Assembly (NCBI GenBank): GCA_013239625.1
Contig: MU053365.1
Location: 1,031,566-1,086,859 of the forward strand
Source of the DNA: Lama guanicoe
Lineage: Eukaryota
DNA: 55,294 nt
Direction of reading: 5' to 3'
Shown here: positions 11,110-22,515 of the stretch, in pieces
Numbering within the stretch: position 1 is the stretch's first letter
Layout of the letters: every line of letters starts with the position of its first letter
Program-made: the position numbers and the translations under genes
The notes under the pieces: model-generated
The model's input: the letters and a program-made list of their open reading frames with translations, nothing else
The model's database searches: none
What the model was told of the DNA's origin: nothing

Positions 11110-11844
11110 AGGATCTGCATTTTTAACATGCTTTCAGGTGGTTCCAATGCAAAATCGCACTGTGAGAAAAACTGCTCTAGATCAACAACCGGTACTATTT
11201 TTCAGTAAGTACGAGGGGAGTGAAAGTGGCCATTGCCTTCTCAGCACAAATACCACAAGAAAATCCAAGACTATCCCTCCTACCCCATTACCATTAGAAC
11301 TAAGAACTTTTATTTCCTATACTTCGTCTAACAAAGGACGTTGACTTTTTGCAATTACTTTCCTGTTACAAAGCCCCTGGCATGATGCGAATGCAAGTTC
11401 AAATCACCCATGAGTGACACTCACCATTGTCCATTCATCTACATTCTAAGCACAGGTGAATGTGTAAAGAGCATCTTAAAGGATAAGATTCTCATTCATG
11501 AAATGCTATTTATACTACCAATATTTCCCAACAAAGAGAGTATTTCCCCATTCACTTCTCTTTTTTTTGGCCACCACTATTATTTTTAACTCATCAGCAC
11601 TCTGGCCCACACCCAATTTTAATTCTGTGTAATTTGTATGTATACTCTAATTTTGTCACTGGAGTGGTAGTGCCAATCCAATCCATAATACACTATACCA
11701 AATGCATTCAGAGACTTTCTCACTTTGGATATAAGATCATTTGATCTTTCCACAAAGGTTCATGCAAATAAATGAATAAAATGGGGAGAGGGTTAGCCTG
11801 GAAGTTGAAGAGCAACAACAAGAATCTTTACTAAAAGCTGCATT

Positions 11845-12200
11845 TGGAAAATATTTATTGAGCACCTATTATGGGCCAATCACTTTTAGTTATAGATTCA
11901 AAGATATTTGAGTCATCACTTCCTGTAATAAGAATCCTTTTGATCTAAAGTATTTTCAAGACTGAAGTTAAAGTCACCGCCAGGGCTACAAATAAATTGA
12001 AAGACTGACTCATACATTATTTCTTTGAGTATTTACTGAGCCCCCTATTATGTTCGAGGTAGTGTGGTAGATGCTGGAGATAGAATAATGTTAGAATAGT
12101 ATAATGAATAATATAAGAGAATAACATTAGAATAGAATAATGATAGAAAATGGTGTTTCATCATTGAAGAATCATGCTTGACCTAGTAGGGGGACATGTA
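11845..12200 (-). mobile_element. L2 3'-end fragments with an AT-rich (TAGAA-like) tandem repeat at 12081-12148
   Basis: ATATTTATTGAGCACCTATTATG; TATTTACTGAGCCCCCTATTATG...GATGCTGGAGATAGA. Confidence 0.6.
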
Positions 12201-14049
12201 TCTTCTAGTCTAAGTGTTGCCAGATCAGACTTACTTAGTTTCACTCAAACAACAGGCTGCCTTCTTGTCTTCTTACTCTTGGCCCACCTAGACTCATCTT
12301 TTTTGTTCTGTAGTGTTCACACAGACTATTTATCTTTAGTGGTAGTATCCCTATGTTTATGTACTGATCCTCAATTAGTATTTTTTTTAAATTAGCTCAT
12401 GATACATTCAGGCAATCCACCACATCTAAGTTAAGATAGTACAAAGGGTGCTTGACTTCAGGGATAGAAATATAAAAACCAGTAAAAACTAAATCATGAA
12501 CTTGACTAAGTTAGGGTGAGAACCAAAGTTAATATGGACTAAGTTTTTGAACAAAGACCATTCATCTAGCATCCTAGACACAGCCCCCCATCACCCACAC
12601 AAGAAAAGACAGTTCCAAATTTCAAATCAGTGAGAAAGACTATACATTAAGAAAGATTTGGGTGTTACTCAAATAGGTATTTTCCCAGACAGGTGATCTT
12701 AAATTACACTATTTACCTTTAAAGTGTTCTGGCAGCATAGAATGAAATATGTGTTTCTCTTTGGAGAACTATGGGGATGGTCCTTTGGAGGTCAAAGTTC
12801 CCAGAAGTAGGGTAGGGAAAAAGTTCAGGCTGCTGGTAACCATGCTGTGAAGAGAATTCTAGGTCTCGGTGTTGTCAAAAGCTTCTCCATAAATCAGTAA
12901 CTAACCCAATGTTAAAAGGCAAGAAATTATTCTGAAATAGGGAGAACTCTTTTTTCCAACTGAAAAGAATACTTCATCACTAGCCTGTATCAGTTCCCTC
13001 CCTGGCATCCCAGCTCTCCGAAGAACCCACTATGGTAGATGAGAATGAAGGTCTAGGAATTATTTTTGTTGGTGACATCTTTAGTAATAAAGTCAGAGTA
13101 GGCCAGTTACTGCTATTTCTCTTTAGTTAATACCCGGCACCCTGAGTTTCAATGAGAAATCAAGAATTATTATTATTTGTAGAAGAAATTTTTAAAAAAT
13201 CGAAAAGCTAAGATATGTGTTCACATTTCACACTGATTCACTGCTGAGGCTGGAAAAGCACTTGACTAATGACTCTCTGTGTTTTCAGCTGAAGTGACAT
13301 AATCTCATTCATAGTTGAAAGAGAAACCCATGTATCTACCAATAGGTTCTGGAAGTCCATGTACTTTTAGGCTCAGAGAGAAGCTGGGGCATCTGAATGG
13401 AAAGACAGGAGGCACATGGGCCTAAGATCTGCAGAAAGACTTGGTAACCAGGGGTGAGAATGCAGCCTATAAGGCTGTTAGACAAGACGTGGCTGGGTAG
13501 ACCTAGCAATTTGTGGATTGCAGTGCTTGCCTTTGCCCTTTTGCCCACACTATCACTCTTGCATGAAATTCCCCCTCAAACCCATTGAATTCACATATTC
13601 GATCAAGGCTTACTCTTCTTTCAAACACAGTCTCTTCCACAAACTATTGTTTAATTACACAGTCTTGAGGGCCACATTGGCCTCTAAAGTCCTTCAGATT
13701 TGATTTGTTGTCTGCATATCATATGACATTCAGTATAATGTCTTGTTGATATTTACCTTCTTTCCATATATGTCTTCTTCCCCAACTGGACTATAAGTCA
13801 CTTAAAGTTGTCCCCTTTAAAACATCCTTAAAAAGTGGTTGCCCTTCTCTGGTTAAGCACTGCAAGTGACATGGAATTTACTACCACCTCACAGAATAAT
13901 CCCAAAGGGGCAGCTATAATTGTGAGCCCCACTGCCAGCACTATGCACATACTTTTCTTACATCCAACATCTTCCAACTTTCCACTGAAGATGCTAAAAT
14001 TGGCTAAGTGTGTCTCCATGTGTGGTGTCCAGAACCGAGCTAGACATTC

Positions 14050-15500
14050 CAATTCACTTGTTCATATTTTCATAAATTTATTCATTTAACCAGTATTTAC
14101 TTAGTGGTAACTCTGCCTGGCTTTGTAATATGCATGGAGAATACAGCAGTGAGAGAGAGACATGTTTCCTTCCCACAAGGGACTTGTGAAATGTGAGATA
14201 AACATTTGACTGTAATTATGCAACTAATTATTCAATAGCAGTATTAGTTTTCTATGCTGTGTAACAATTTACTACAAACTTAGAGGCTTAAAACAACACA
14301 CACTTATCTCCCAGTTTCTCAGGGTCAGGAGTCTAGGCATAGCTTTTCTGGTCCTTTGCTCAGGGTCTCTCACAGGATTGCAACCAAGGTGCTGACAGGG
14401 CTGGGATCTCATCTAAAAGCTCCATGGAGGAAGGATCTACTTTCAAGTCCCCTCAGGTTGTTGACAAAATTAATTTCTTTGCAGCTGGCCATAGGATTCA
14501 TGGTAGCTTGGTTCTTCAAAGCCAGCAACAGAGAGAGACGAACAAGACAGGTTAGATTATGCAATCATGGATATGTCATCACAGACATCTTGTCTCTTTT
14601 GCCGTATTCTATTGGTTAGAAGCAAGTCATAAGTCATGCCCATGTTCAAAGAGAGAGAATTATAGAAAGGTCTGATCACCAAAAGGTGGGGATTACAGGG
14701 ACCACCTTAGAATTCTGCTTACCATAGTAGCAAACTAAAAGAGTGTTATGAATAAAAACCTCAAAGTGCTATGAAAGTAAATAACCTATCATAATGGGTA
14801 GGGGGAGTCATTAATTTTTGAGTGTGTTCTTTGTGTCATCTTAACCAGATCACAAGCTAACACAGGCAGCGCACTAGGTAGGGCCCATGTCTTCTACATC
14901 TGTTTTCACTTCAAGGCACCTAGCACAGAACTGCTCATGGGTGTTGGATATACAATCACTGATTTAACTTGATACAAAATGGATCAAAGGTTCCTCAACA
15001 TGTCATCAAGATTAAGATCACTCAGCAGAACTTCAAAGACCGTTGGCATTCACAGATTGAACACTGGGTTTGAGTGACCCAAGAACCTTTCAGAAGTACA
15101 CATGAATAGCACGAGCTACAAAAGAGCAGGTCCCTTTGCCCAGCCCAGCATCTGCCTTTGGGGGAAGTTTTGCTGTTCTCTGTTCCCCAACATTTGAAGT
15201 AATGATGCAAGTAAAGGTGTAAGTGCCCTCTTAGACAAGTCCTCCCAGGGAGTATATGGTCCAGCAAGGCCTGACATAATCTCTGGGGTTAAGAAAGGCA
15301 CCCTTGAGGAGGTGACATTTAAGTCGGGATTGTGGAGCTAGCCAGGCAAATGAGACTGTCAAGTAATAAAAGAGGAAAGCACTTCAAAAACTAGGAAATA
15401 GGAAAACAACAGGTATGAGGGCTTTTAATGGGAATATCCCTGGTGCAAAAGTGAAGAGAGAAGGGGCTTGAGAGACAGATAGGCACCAAGGTAGGGATTC
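14050..15500 (-). mobile_element. L2 fragments interrupted by an MLT1 LTR
   Basis: ATTTATTCATTTAACCAGTATTTAC...GAATACAGCAGTGAG; later GGGGTTAAGAAAGGC...GAGGAGGTGACATTTAAG. Confidence 0.55.
14240..14726 (-). mobile_element. MaLR solo LTR (MLT1E/F-like)
   Basis: GTATTAGTTTTCTATGCTGTGTAACAATTTAC...GGCTTAAAACAACAC ... CCACCTTAGAATTCTGCTTACCATA. Confidence 0.85.
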
Positions 15501-17638
15501 AAGGCCAAGTTTGAGACAGCCACATCTTTGTTTCCACTACACCCTCAGTATTGGCAAAGCTCACTTAAGTTTTCTTCTTATAGTGACACTCACACAGAAA
15601 ATTGAGAGGTGGAAATTAACAAAGGACCAAAAGGAAAATCTTCTGGGGTAGTCAACTGCCCACCAAGCAGCCTAGCGAACGGAAACCAATTCTAACCCTT
15701 CTTTCTGGGAGCACTGAGGCATGCCCTAAGTCAGTAAATATATTAGAAGGTACCAAAGGAACTAATGGAGTAGAAAGTCCCTGGAGCATCATTAGAAAAC
15801 TGTGCACAAAATGCATTCCACAAGAGTCAATATTGGCAGGACAGTGTCATTATGCAGCCCTTTTGGTGCTTATGAGAGCCCAAAAGACTTGCATATTCTA
15901 ACATAGGATACTAAGACTCTTGTGAGCTCAAGCTCACAGGCTGATGCTTGGTGTTGCTACCAGTTACCATGACATTGTACATATCTAGAAAGGTTGTCCT
16001 CTTTGGCTCAACCCAGAGCACTGAGGGAGGAAGGGGACAGCCTCTTAATCTGCTAAAGCAGCTGAATCAACTCTGGCGGTAGATGTCACAACCCTCACAT
16101 TGGAGGCTCTGTGAGTAGAATAATAGCTGGTATTTTGTTAACTCAAATAAATCAGGAGAGCAAGAATCTCATTTAATTTCCACAACACAATAAGATCTTC
16201 GGAGTCTCCACTCCTCAACTGTCCAGACATTGGAATATGCTATCAAATGTTATTATAGAATTGTCCACCGTCTGAAATCTGTCATCAATCATGGAGAATT
16301 TAGGGAGAGGCTTTAAAAGCAGAATCTGGATTCGATGAGCTCATGAAATTTCCTCTAGTTCTAAGATCATACAAAAATCAGTATATTTCAAGGTGGCTGT
16401 ACATTTAGAAGAGCCAACATTCCAACAAGGTTTCCCTGCCATTAAACCAGGATTTTTAAAAAAGATTTTCAAAAGAGGATGAAGTGATGACCAAATAATA
16501 TGAAGTCTTTTAAAATGATTGATCCCTTTAATTGTTTTAAATAAACCCTTCTGACTTGAAATAATCCCAGAGTCTGTTTCAGACCCAAAGGTGACACACT
16601 TCAGACCCAAAGGTAGAAAGGAACAGATATTGGCTAGCAGCCAAATTAAAAAATGAAGGGCAATGGTATTCCTTAATGAGAGGTCACTTAATCCAATCTC
16701 CTAGCCAGAGTTAGTATGAGCGAAGAAGAGCCCAGGGAGATCATAAAACATGTTAACACTAGAATAAATAATTGGAAAATTCCTAGGACCCTCTAGGGTC
16801 CAACTTCAAGGTTATGTCCAAGGAGAATCAGTGCTTTCCATCTGTATTCTGTACTTCCTCAGAGATAAGCAGAGACTGACAGGCAACTGAATACCAAGTT
16901 AGGACAGAAGAGGGTAGAAAAAAGGCCCATTACTTGGTGCAGATAAAAGTACTGCAATATGTTAAGACAAAAGGGCACAGGAGGGCTTTGTGACAGACCC
17001 ACCAGGAAAATGAGAATCTTTCCGTTTATAATTCTACATCCCCATTCTGATTATATCCGCTCAACCCAATACAGGAAAGTACACTGGGATTAATTATAAG
17101 GTTGTTTTGTTTGTAATAACAGCAAAATTAAAAAAAAAAACAGAATGACACTGGTTATGGTCAGAGGCAAAGAGCCATCCTTTCCAACCATTTCTTGCAT
17201 TAAAATGTAAATGAGAGTGTATGTCTGTAGTATTGAAAGAAGAGTTGACTAGTTTCTCTAAGAGAATTTTTCAGAATAGAACAAGTTCACATGTAACCTA
17301 GCCTCTCAATCTACTCATAACTGCCCACTTTGAGGCAGAGGGATGGGGAGTAGGCAAGAGTTCCTTACTGTGTACAATAGCTCACTAGTGAGGAACCTTC
17401 TCTCCACTCTTGGCCTTTCATGGTTTCCTAACACAACTTGTTTCTTCTATTGCTTCCCCACAAGAGCAGCAATGTCCTAAGTGTCTAGATAGGATCAAGA
17501 AATAAAGTGACCTTCCCAAAGTCACACAGCTTGTGAGTATCAAGATGGACATTAAAGGCATCTCCAGCATCAATATTTCCACAATTAAACACAATCCCCT
17601 GGAATGAGTAGAAATTCATGAACACATGAGCATGAAGG

Positions 17639-17688
17639 CACATGCACACGCACACACACACACACACACACACATACACACACAAACA
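17639..17688. repeat. (CA)n microsatellite
   Basis: Direct reading. Confidence 0.95.
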
Positions 17689-18459
17689 TCTCACACTGGG
17701 TTCTCTCAAGACAAAGTAAGGCTCACTGGTTAGCAACAAAGAAAAGAAATGAATGGCAGTAGGTCATTCTAAGATGTTCAGTAAGAATAATGTAGAAAGA
17801 ATTATATTCAAAAACAAAAGTGGCACTGCAGGGAGTAAGCCATGTGTAAACGGGGCTGAAACAGCCAGTGGATCATCAGGAACTTGTAGGTGAAGCCTTG
17901 TTCTTTTTCTCTGAACTTCAAAGTACTTGAGGACATGGGCTCCCAAGTGGTATCCATAGGGATCCTCCAGGGAACCAAAGTTAGTCCAAAATGTACATGA
18001 CATAAAGGTAGAAAGCAACCTGTCACATGGTACCCATTACGTCAAGAGCCATGATAGATGTGACTGTGGAGCCCAATGTCTCAGAGGTCAGTGATCTTCC
18101 CACCGACTAGACTATGGAAATTCAAGAGGAGTCAAGCCAAGAACACAAGTGACAGAAAAAGCTTCAAAGGAAAGTACACAGCCTCAGAAGAAAAAGGGAC
18201 AGTAAGAATGGCATTTTTCTGAGCATGGGAAAGATGAGCACATAAAAAACAGTGAGCAGAAGGGGCGGTGGACCTCTGGGGAAGGAGGGCTGTGAGTGCC
18301 ATCTCTGACATGATCTGACTCTCTAGAGTCAAGGGCTGGGAGGGTGAAGGGAAGAGACCATCTGCTCCACCCTCAAAACATCTGTTATAAAATAAGACTG
18401 ATGGCATGTGTCATGTCAGGAGGATCTTGTGAAAGAAACTGCTGAGCCGTACACGATCT

Positions 18460-18600
18460 GAGCTAATGGAGAAGTCCCCAAGGTTTGGAGACCTAGATTC
18501 TAATCCCAATTCAACTGCCAATTTACTGTGGAACACTGGGAAACTGTTTAACCCTATTCTGTCTCAAGTTCTCCACTCGCAATGGGGTAGTAAAATAAAC
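18460..18600 (+). mobile_element. MIR fragment
   Basis: GGAGACCTAGATTCTAATCCC...ACTGCCAATTTACTGTG...GTCTCAAGTTCTCCAC. Confidence 0.6.
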
Positions 18601-19863
18601 ACTCCCGGGGTACTCCACAATCATAGTCTTGTATTCTTCACAGGTACAACATAACCACAAAGTCCTAAGACAGTTGCTCCCTTTCCAGTTCAAAGGGGTC
18701 CCTCCGTTATAGCCCAAAGAAGAGAAACATAAACTCTTTCATTCTCTGTCAACTCTCAGAGAAAAATACAAAAGATCAGTCTTCCATCCAAAGAAAGAAT
18801 TTTAAGGAAATAAGAGAAATTCACATACATGATTAGATTACACATTTCCCCTTACATTGGGAGGAATGCTATTCATTTTGTCATCTCTATGATCACATAT
18901 TGAATATTCCCTAATAAAATATGGAGACCAAGTCCATGCTGTACGTTATAGTTTAAATAGTCATCCACTTCTTCCAGCCATGAATCACCTTGGAAAGAGT
19001 AAGGAATGGACCATCACCTGCCCCTGAATTCTTCATGCTGACAGGTTCTGCTCCACTAAGATTAGATGTATTTTTTTTAGAAATGAGCTTATAATAAAAT
19101 AAAGTCAAATGAAATGACTAAATACTTATTTGGTATTTTCAGTTCCAGACAGCCAAACCTAGAGGAGCTGGCAGTCCTATGAAAGGGAAACTGCTCATTG
19201 CTATCATTTTGAGAACAAAGAACAAAATTAAAGGCACATTAATTTGTTTCACATCTTGCCTCTGATTAGCCATAAATATCCCACTTATCAATATGGAAAA
19301 GATAAATTTATCTAAAGCAAAGGATCATTTATCTACCAATGGCTACTTACTCATAGGGCAGTAGGTGGGGACAGCAAGAGAATCTTGAGGAAGACCTGGG
19401 ATTTTTGATTATCTTGATTATAACTAGGAAATTGAATTAGGAAGGTCCCCTCGGTAGAGTATCTCTTAGATTTAGAGGTCACTGCATGGCAACACATTTT
19501 AAAATGCAAATATCCATGTGAGGAACCATACATTCCACTAAGATCATTTTAGTGTGAATTACTCTATTGGATGGCTATGTCACCCAAGTAAAGCCTGGGG
19601 GAGCATGATTTGAGTGCACTGGACTCATAAGTGAGCCTGGGCATGGACTGAATGGGAGAGGATGCATTTAGAGAGACGGCTCTGAGAAAGTCCCAGATGT
19701 ACCTTTACTTATTTATCATTTTGCCTGAAGTCAGCCTAGAGAACTTTGGTAAGGTGATAGTATCCTTGGATGTTATACTGGAAGGTGGAATTCCACAGGG
19801 GAGTTTTACTGCAAATATACTTGCATTTAAATAGGATTAGATGACCCTAATGTTCTTCTAGAG

Positions 19864-20842
19864 CAGTAGTATCCAGTAGAAACTCAATGTGAGTCACAGA
19901 AGTAATTTTAAACCTTCTAGTAGCCACATTTTTTAAGTAAAAAGAAACAGAATAAATTCCTTTTGTTTTTTTTTCTTTAACTCTGTATTTTCCAAATATT
20001 TTCATTTTAAATGCAGTCTATATAAAAATTATTAAGGAGATCATTTCCATTCTTTTTTCATACTGAGTCTCTGAAACCTAGTGTGTATTTTTACAACACA
20101 CCCCAATTCAAATGCTAGATGTTCATCAGCAATATTTGATCTATATTTAGATTTCATAACATTTACAATTGATACAGGAGATTCACATATCCAGCTTGTT
20201 CCAACTATACTTAAAAGTTTTCCACTTATTGAATCAAATATCAGCTTAAAATTTAAATTAATCACAATTACTTACATGGAAATGAGAACAGGATACTAAA
20301 GAGATATCTGCACTCTCATGTTCATTGTAGCATTATTCACAATTGCCAAGATATGGAAACAACCTAACTGTCCATCAGCAGATGACTGGATAAAGAAGAT
20401 GTGGTATATATATAATGGAATATTATTCTGCCCTGAGAAACAGAGATATCCTGCCATTTGTGACAACATGGATGGATCCCTGAGGGCATTATGCTAAGTG
20501 AAATAAGCCAGAGAGACAAAGACAAATATAGTGTGGAATCACTTATATGTGGAATCTAAATAAAAAGTCAAACTCAGAGAAACAGAGAGCAGAAAAGTAA
20601 TTGTCAGGAGGTGGTGGGTGGGAGAAATGGGAAGAGATTAGTCAAAGGGTACAAACTTTCAGCTATAAGATGCATGAGGCCTGAGGATCTAATGCAAAAC
20701 ATGGTGGCTACAGTTGATAACACTGTATTGTATAATGGAAAACTTTTAAATTAATTATAAATCAAAATTCAGTTCCTCATTTGCACTATCCATATTTCAC
20801 ACGCACAAAGGCCACCTACGGTTACTGCAGTGGACAGTGCAG
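19864..20842. mobile_element. MER33/Charlie-type hAT element split by an L1
   Basis: Preceded by TTCTAGAG (Charlie target); TTCTAGTAGCCACATTTTTTAAGTAAAAAGAAACAG; resumes AAAATTCAGTTCCTCA...TGGACAGTGCAG. Confidence 0.75.
20270..20743 (+). mobile_element. L1MA-type 3' fragment
   Basis: ATGTTCATTGTAGCATTATTCACAAT...GGATAAAGAAGATGTGG...AAAGGGTACAAACTTTCAG; flanked by degenerate TTTAAATTAAT repeats. Confidence 0.88.
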
Positions 20843-21591
20843 ACTAGGCTGTAAGAAGTGGGGGTCAAAGCCTTGGCGTATGAGCCACAGGTCCCCAGTA
20901 TTGCTGAGTTCATTTTGCTTTTTTTAGGGGCACAGGCTATATTTGTCAGCCTGGCCAGCCACTGAATGCGTGTTCTCCACAAGTCACAAGGCAGTCCTAT
21001 CAGAGCGGAAGGTGGATCAGCAAAACATCAGCCCTACTGCTTGTAAGAGCAACTCGAACACAAACTTCTCGAGGGCAGGAGCCAGCGTAAATTCAACCAG
21101 CAGAGCCTTGCCCAGTGCCTGGCACAAAGTAAGCCCCTGGCCAATTCTTATTAAATGAATGCCTGGCTGCTCTCCTGACAGCTGACCAACAGACTCCATT
21201 CCACATGCTTTATGGTGTGAGCCTTGTTCACACTGGGTGTCACTTGTTCATCCAGTCAACAGAGTATGAGCTCATGACCACTGTGTATGACAGACACTCA
21301 TAGCAAGCCCACTGTCTACTCCTAAAAAACATGCGTACTGACTAATGTGGGAACTTGCAGAAGTTTAGTTGGCCCATTAAAATTAAACACCCCCATCAGG
21401 AGTGAGATGCTGTACAAGTCTCTTGATGTATGTCAGACCTTGACCAATGCAGACACTAAGTACCTGAAAAAAGAAGGGCAGAGTCACCAATGAAGGTGGT
21501 TAAACGAAGGATACACAGTGCAGATGTAGAGGCGTGAAAGCCAAACAGTACTTCTCTCACCACTTGGCCCTCAGACAGCACTGATGACGTA

Positions 21592-21940
21592 TAGTGTCAT
21601 CCTTGGTATCCGTGGGGGTGATTGGTTCCAGGACCCCTGAGGATAACAAAATGCATCATGCTCAAGTCCCGTGTATATAAAATGGCATACTATTTGCATA
21701 TAACTGACGCACATCCTCTCATATACTTTAAATCCTCTCTAGATTCCTTATAATACCTAATACAATGCAAATGCTATGTAAATAGTTGTAAATACAATGT
21801 AAATGCTATGTAAATAGTTGCCAGAGCACAGCAAATTCAAGTTTTGATTTTTGGAACTTTCTGGAATTTTTAAAAATATTTTCAATGCACATTTGGTTGA
21901 ATCTGAGGATGTAAAGCCTGAAGATACGGAGGGCCAACTG
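21592..21940 (+). mobile_element. MER2B (TcMar-Tigger) non-autonomous DNA transposon
   Basis: Termini TAGTGTCATCCTTGGTATCC / GATACGGAGGGCCAACTG, TA TSD, internal duplicated AATACAATGYAAATGCTATGTAAATAGTTG. Confidence 0.88.
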
Positions 21941-22029
21941 TACTGGCTTGTGTGTGCCCTATACAATACCACACACTTCCAGTGAAGGGGCATGGGAGAA
22001 CATTTAGTGTGAAAAAGAATTTACATGCA

Positions 22030-22515
22030 TTAGGATGGCTACAATTGAAAAAATGGAAAATACTAAGTGTGGATGAGGATGCGGAGGATTTGGAACCCTC
22101 ATATATTGCTGGTGAGAATGCAAAATGATTCAGCTGCTGTGGAAAACACGACGGTGGTTCCTCAATAAGCTTCTCACAGCGTCAGCATATGACCCCAGCA
22201 ATTCCACTCCTGTATATACCCATCTTCAACATTTCTCATATTGTCTAATTCCACTTATATCGAATATTCACAATGAGCAAATCCACTGAGACAGAAAGCA
22301 GATTAGTGGTTCCTCGGGACTGAGAAGGGGAAAAGGAGAGTGACTGCTTCATGGGTGTGGGGTTTCCTTTTGCAGTAATAAAACTGTTCTGGAACCAGAT
22401 AGTGGTGATCATTGTATAACACTGTGAATTTACTAAATACTGCTGAATTGCACACTTTAAAATGGTTAAAAGGGTAAATTCTATGTTAGGTTATTTTATC
22501 ACAGTTTTTAAATGT
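22030..22515 (+). mobile_element. L1MB 3' fragment with internal deletion
   Basis: TAGGATGGCTA...GGAACCCTCATATATTGCTGGTGAGAATGCAAAATG...ACACTTTAAAATGGTTAAA. Confidence 0.85.

Larger units (their letters stand above)
10191..11181. mobile_element. MER5A hAT-Charlie element split by two L1 insertions (halves 10191-10309 and 11110-11181)
   Basis: GGGAGCTTGTTTAAATGCACATTCC...; resumes GGATCTGCATTTTTAACATGC...TGAGAAAAACTGCTCTAGA. Confidence 0.75.

Noticed and set aside
15921..15938. Small inverted repeats (TGTGAGCT-CA-AGCTCACA; also 11411-11423, 8734-8753)
   Set aside because: 6-8-bp stems are expected by chance in 55 kb; too short for a pre-miRNA
21759..21820. 31-bp tandem duplication
   Set aside because: Recalled as a built-in feature of MER2B
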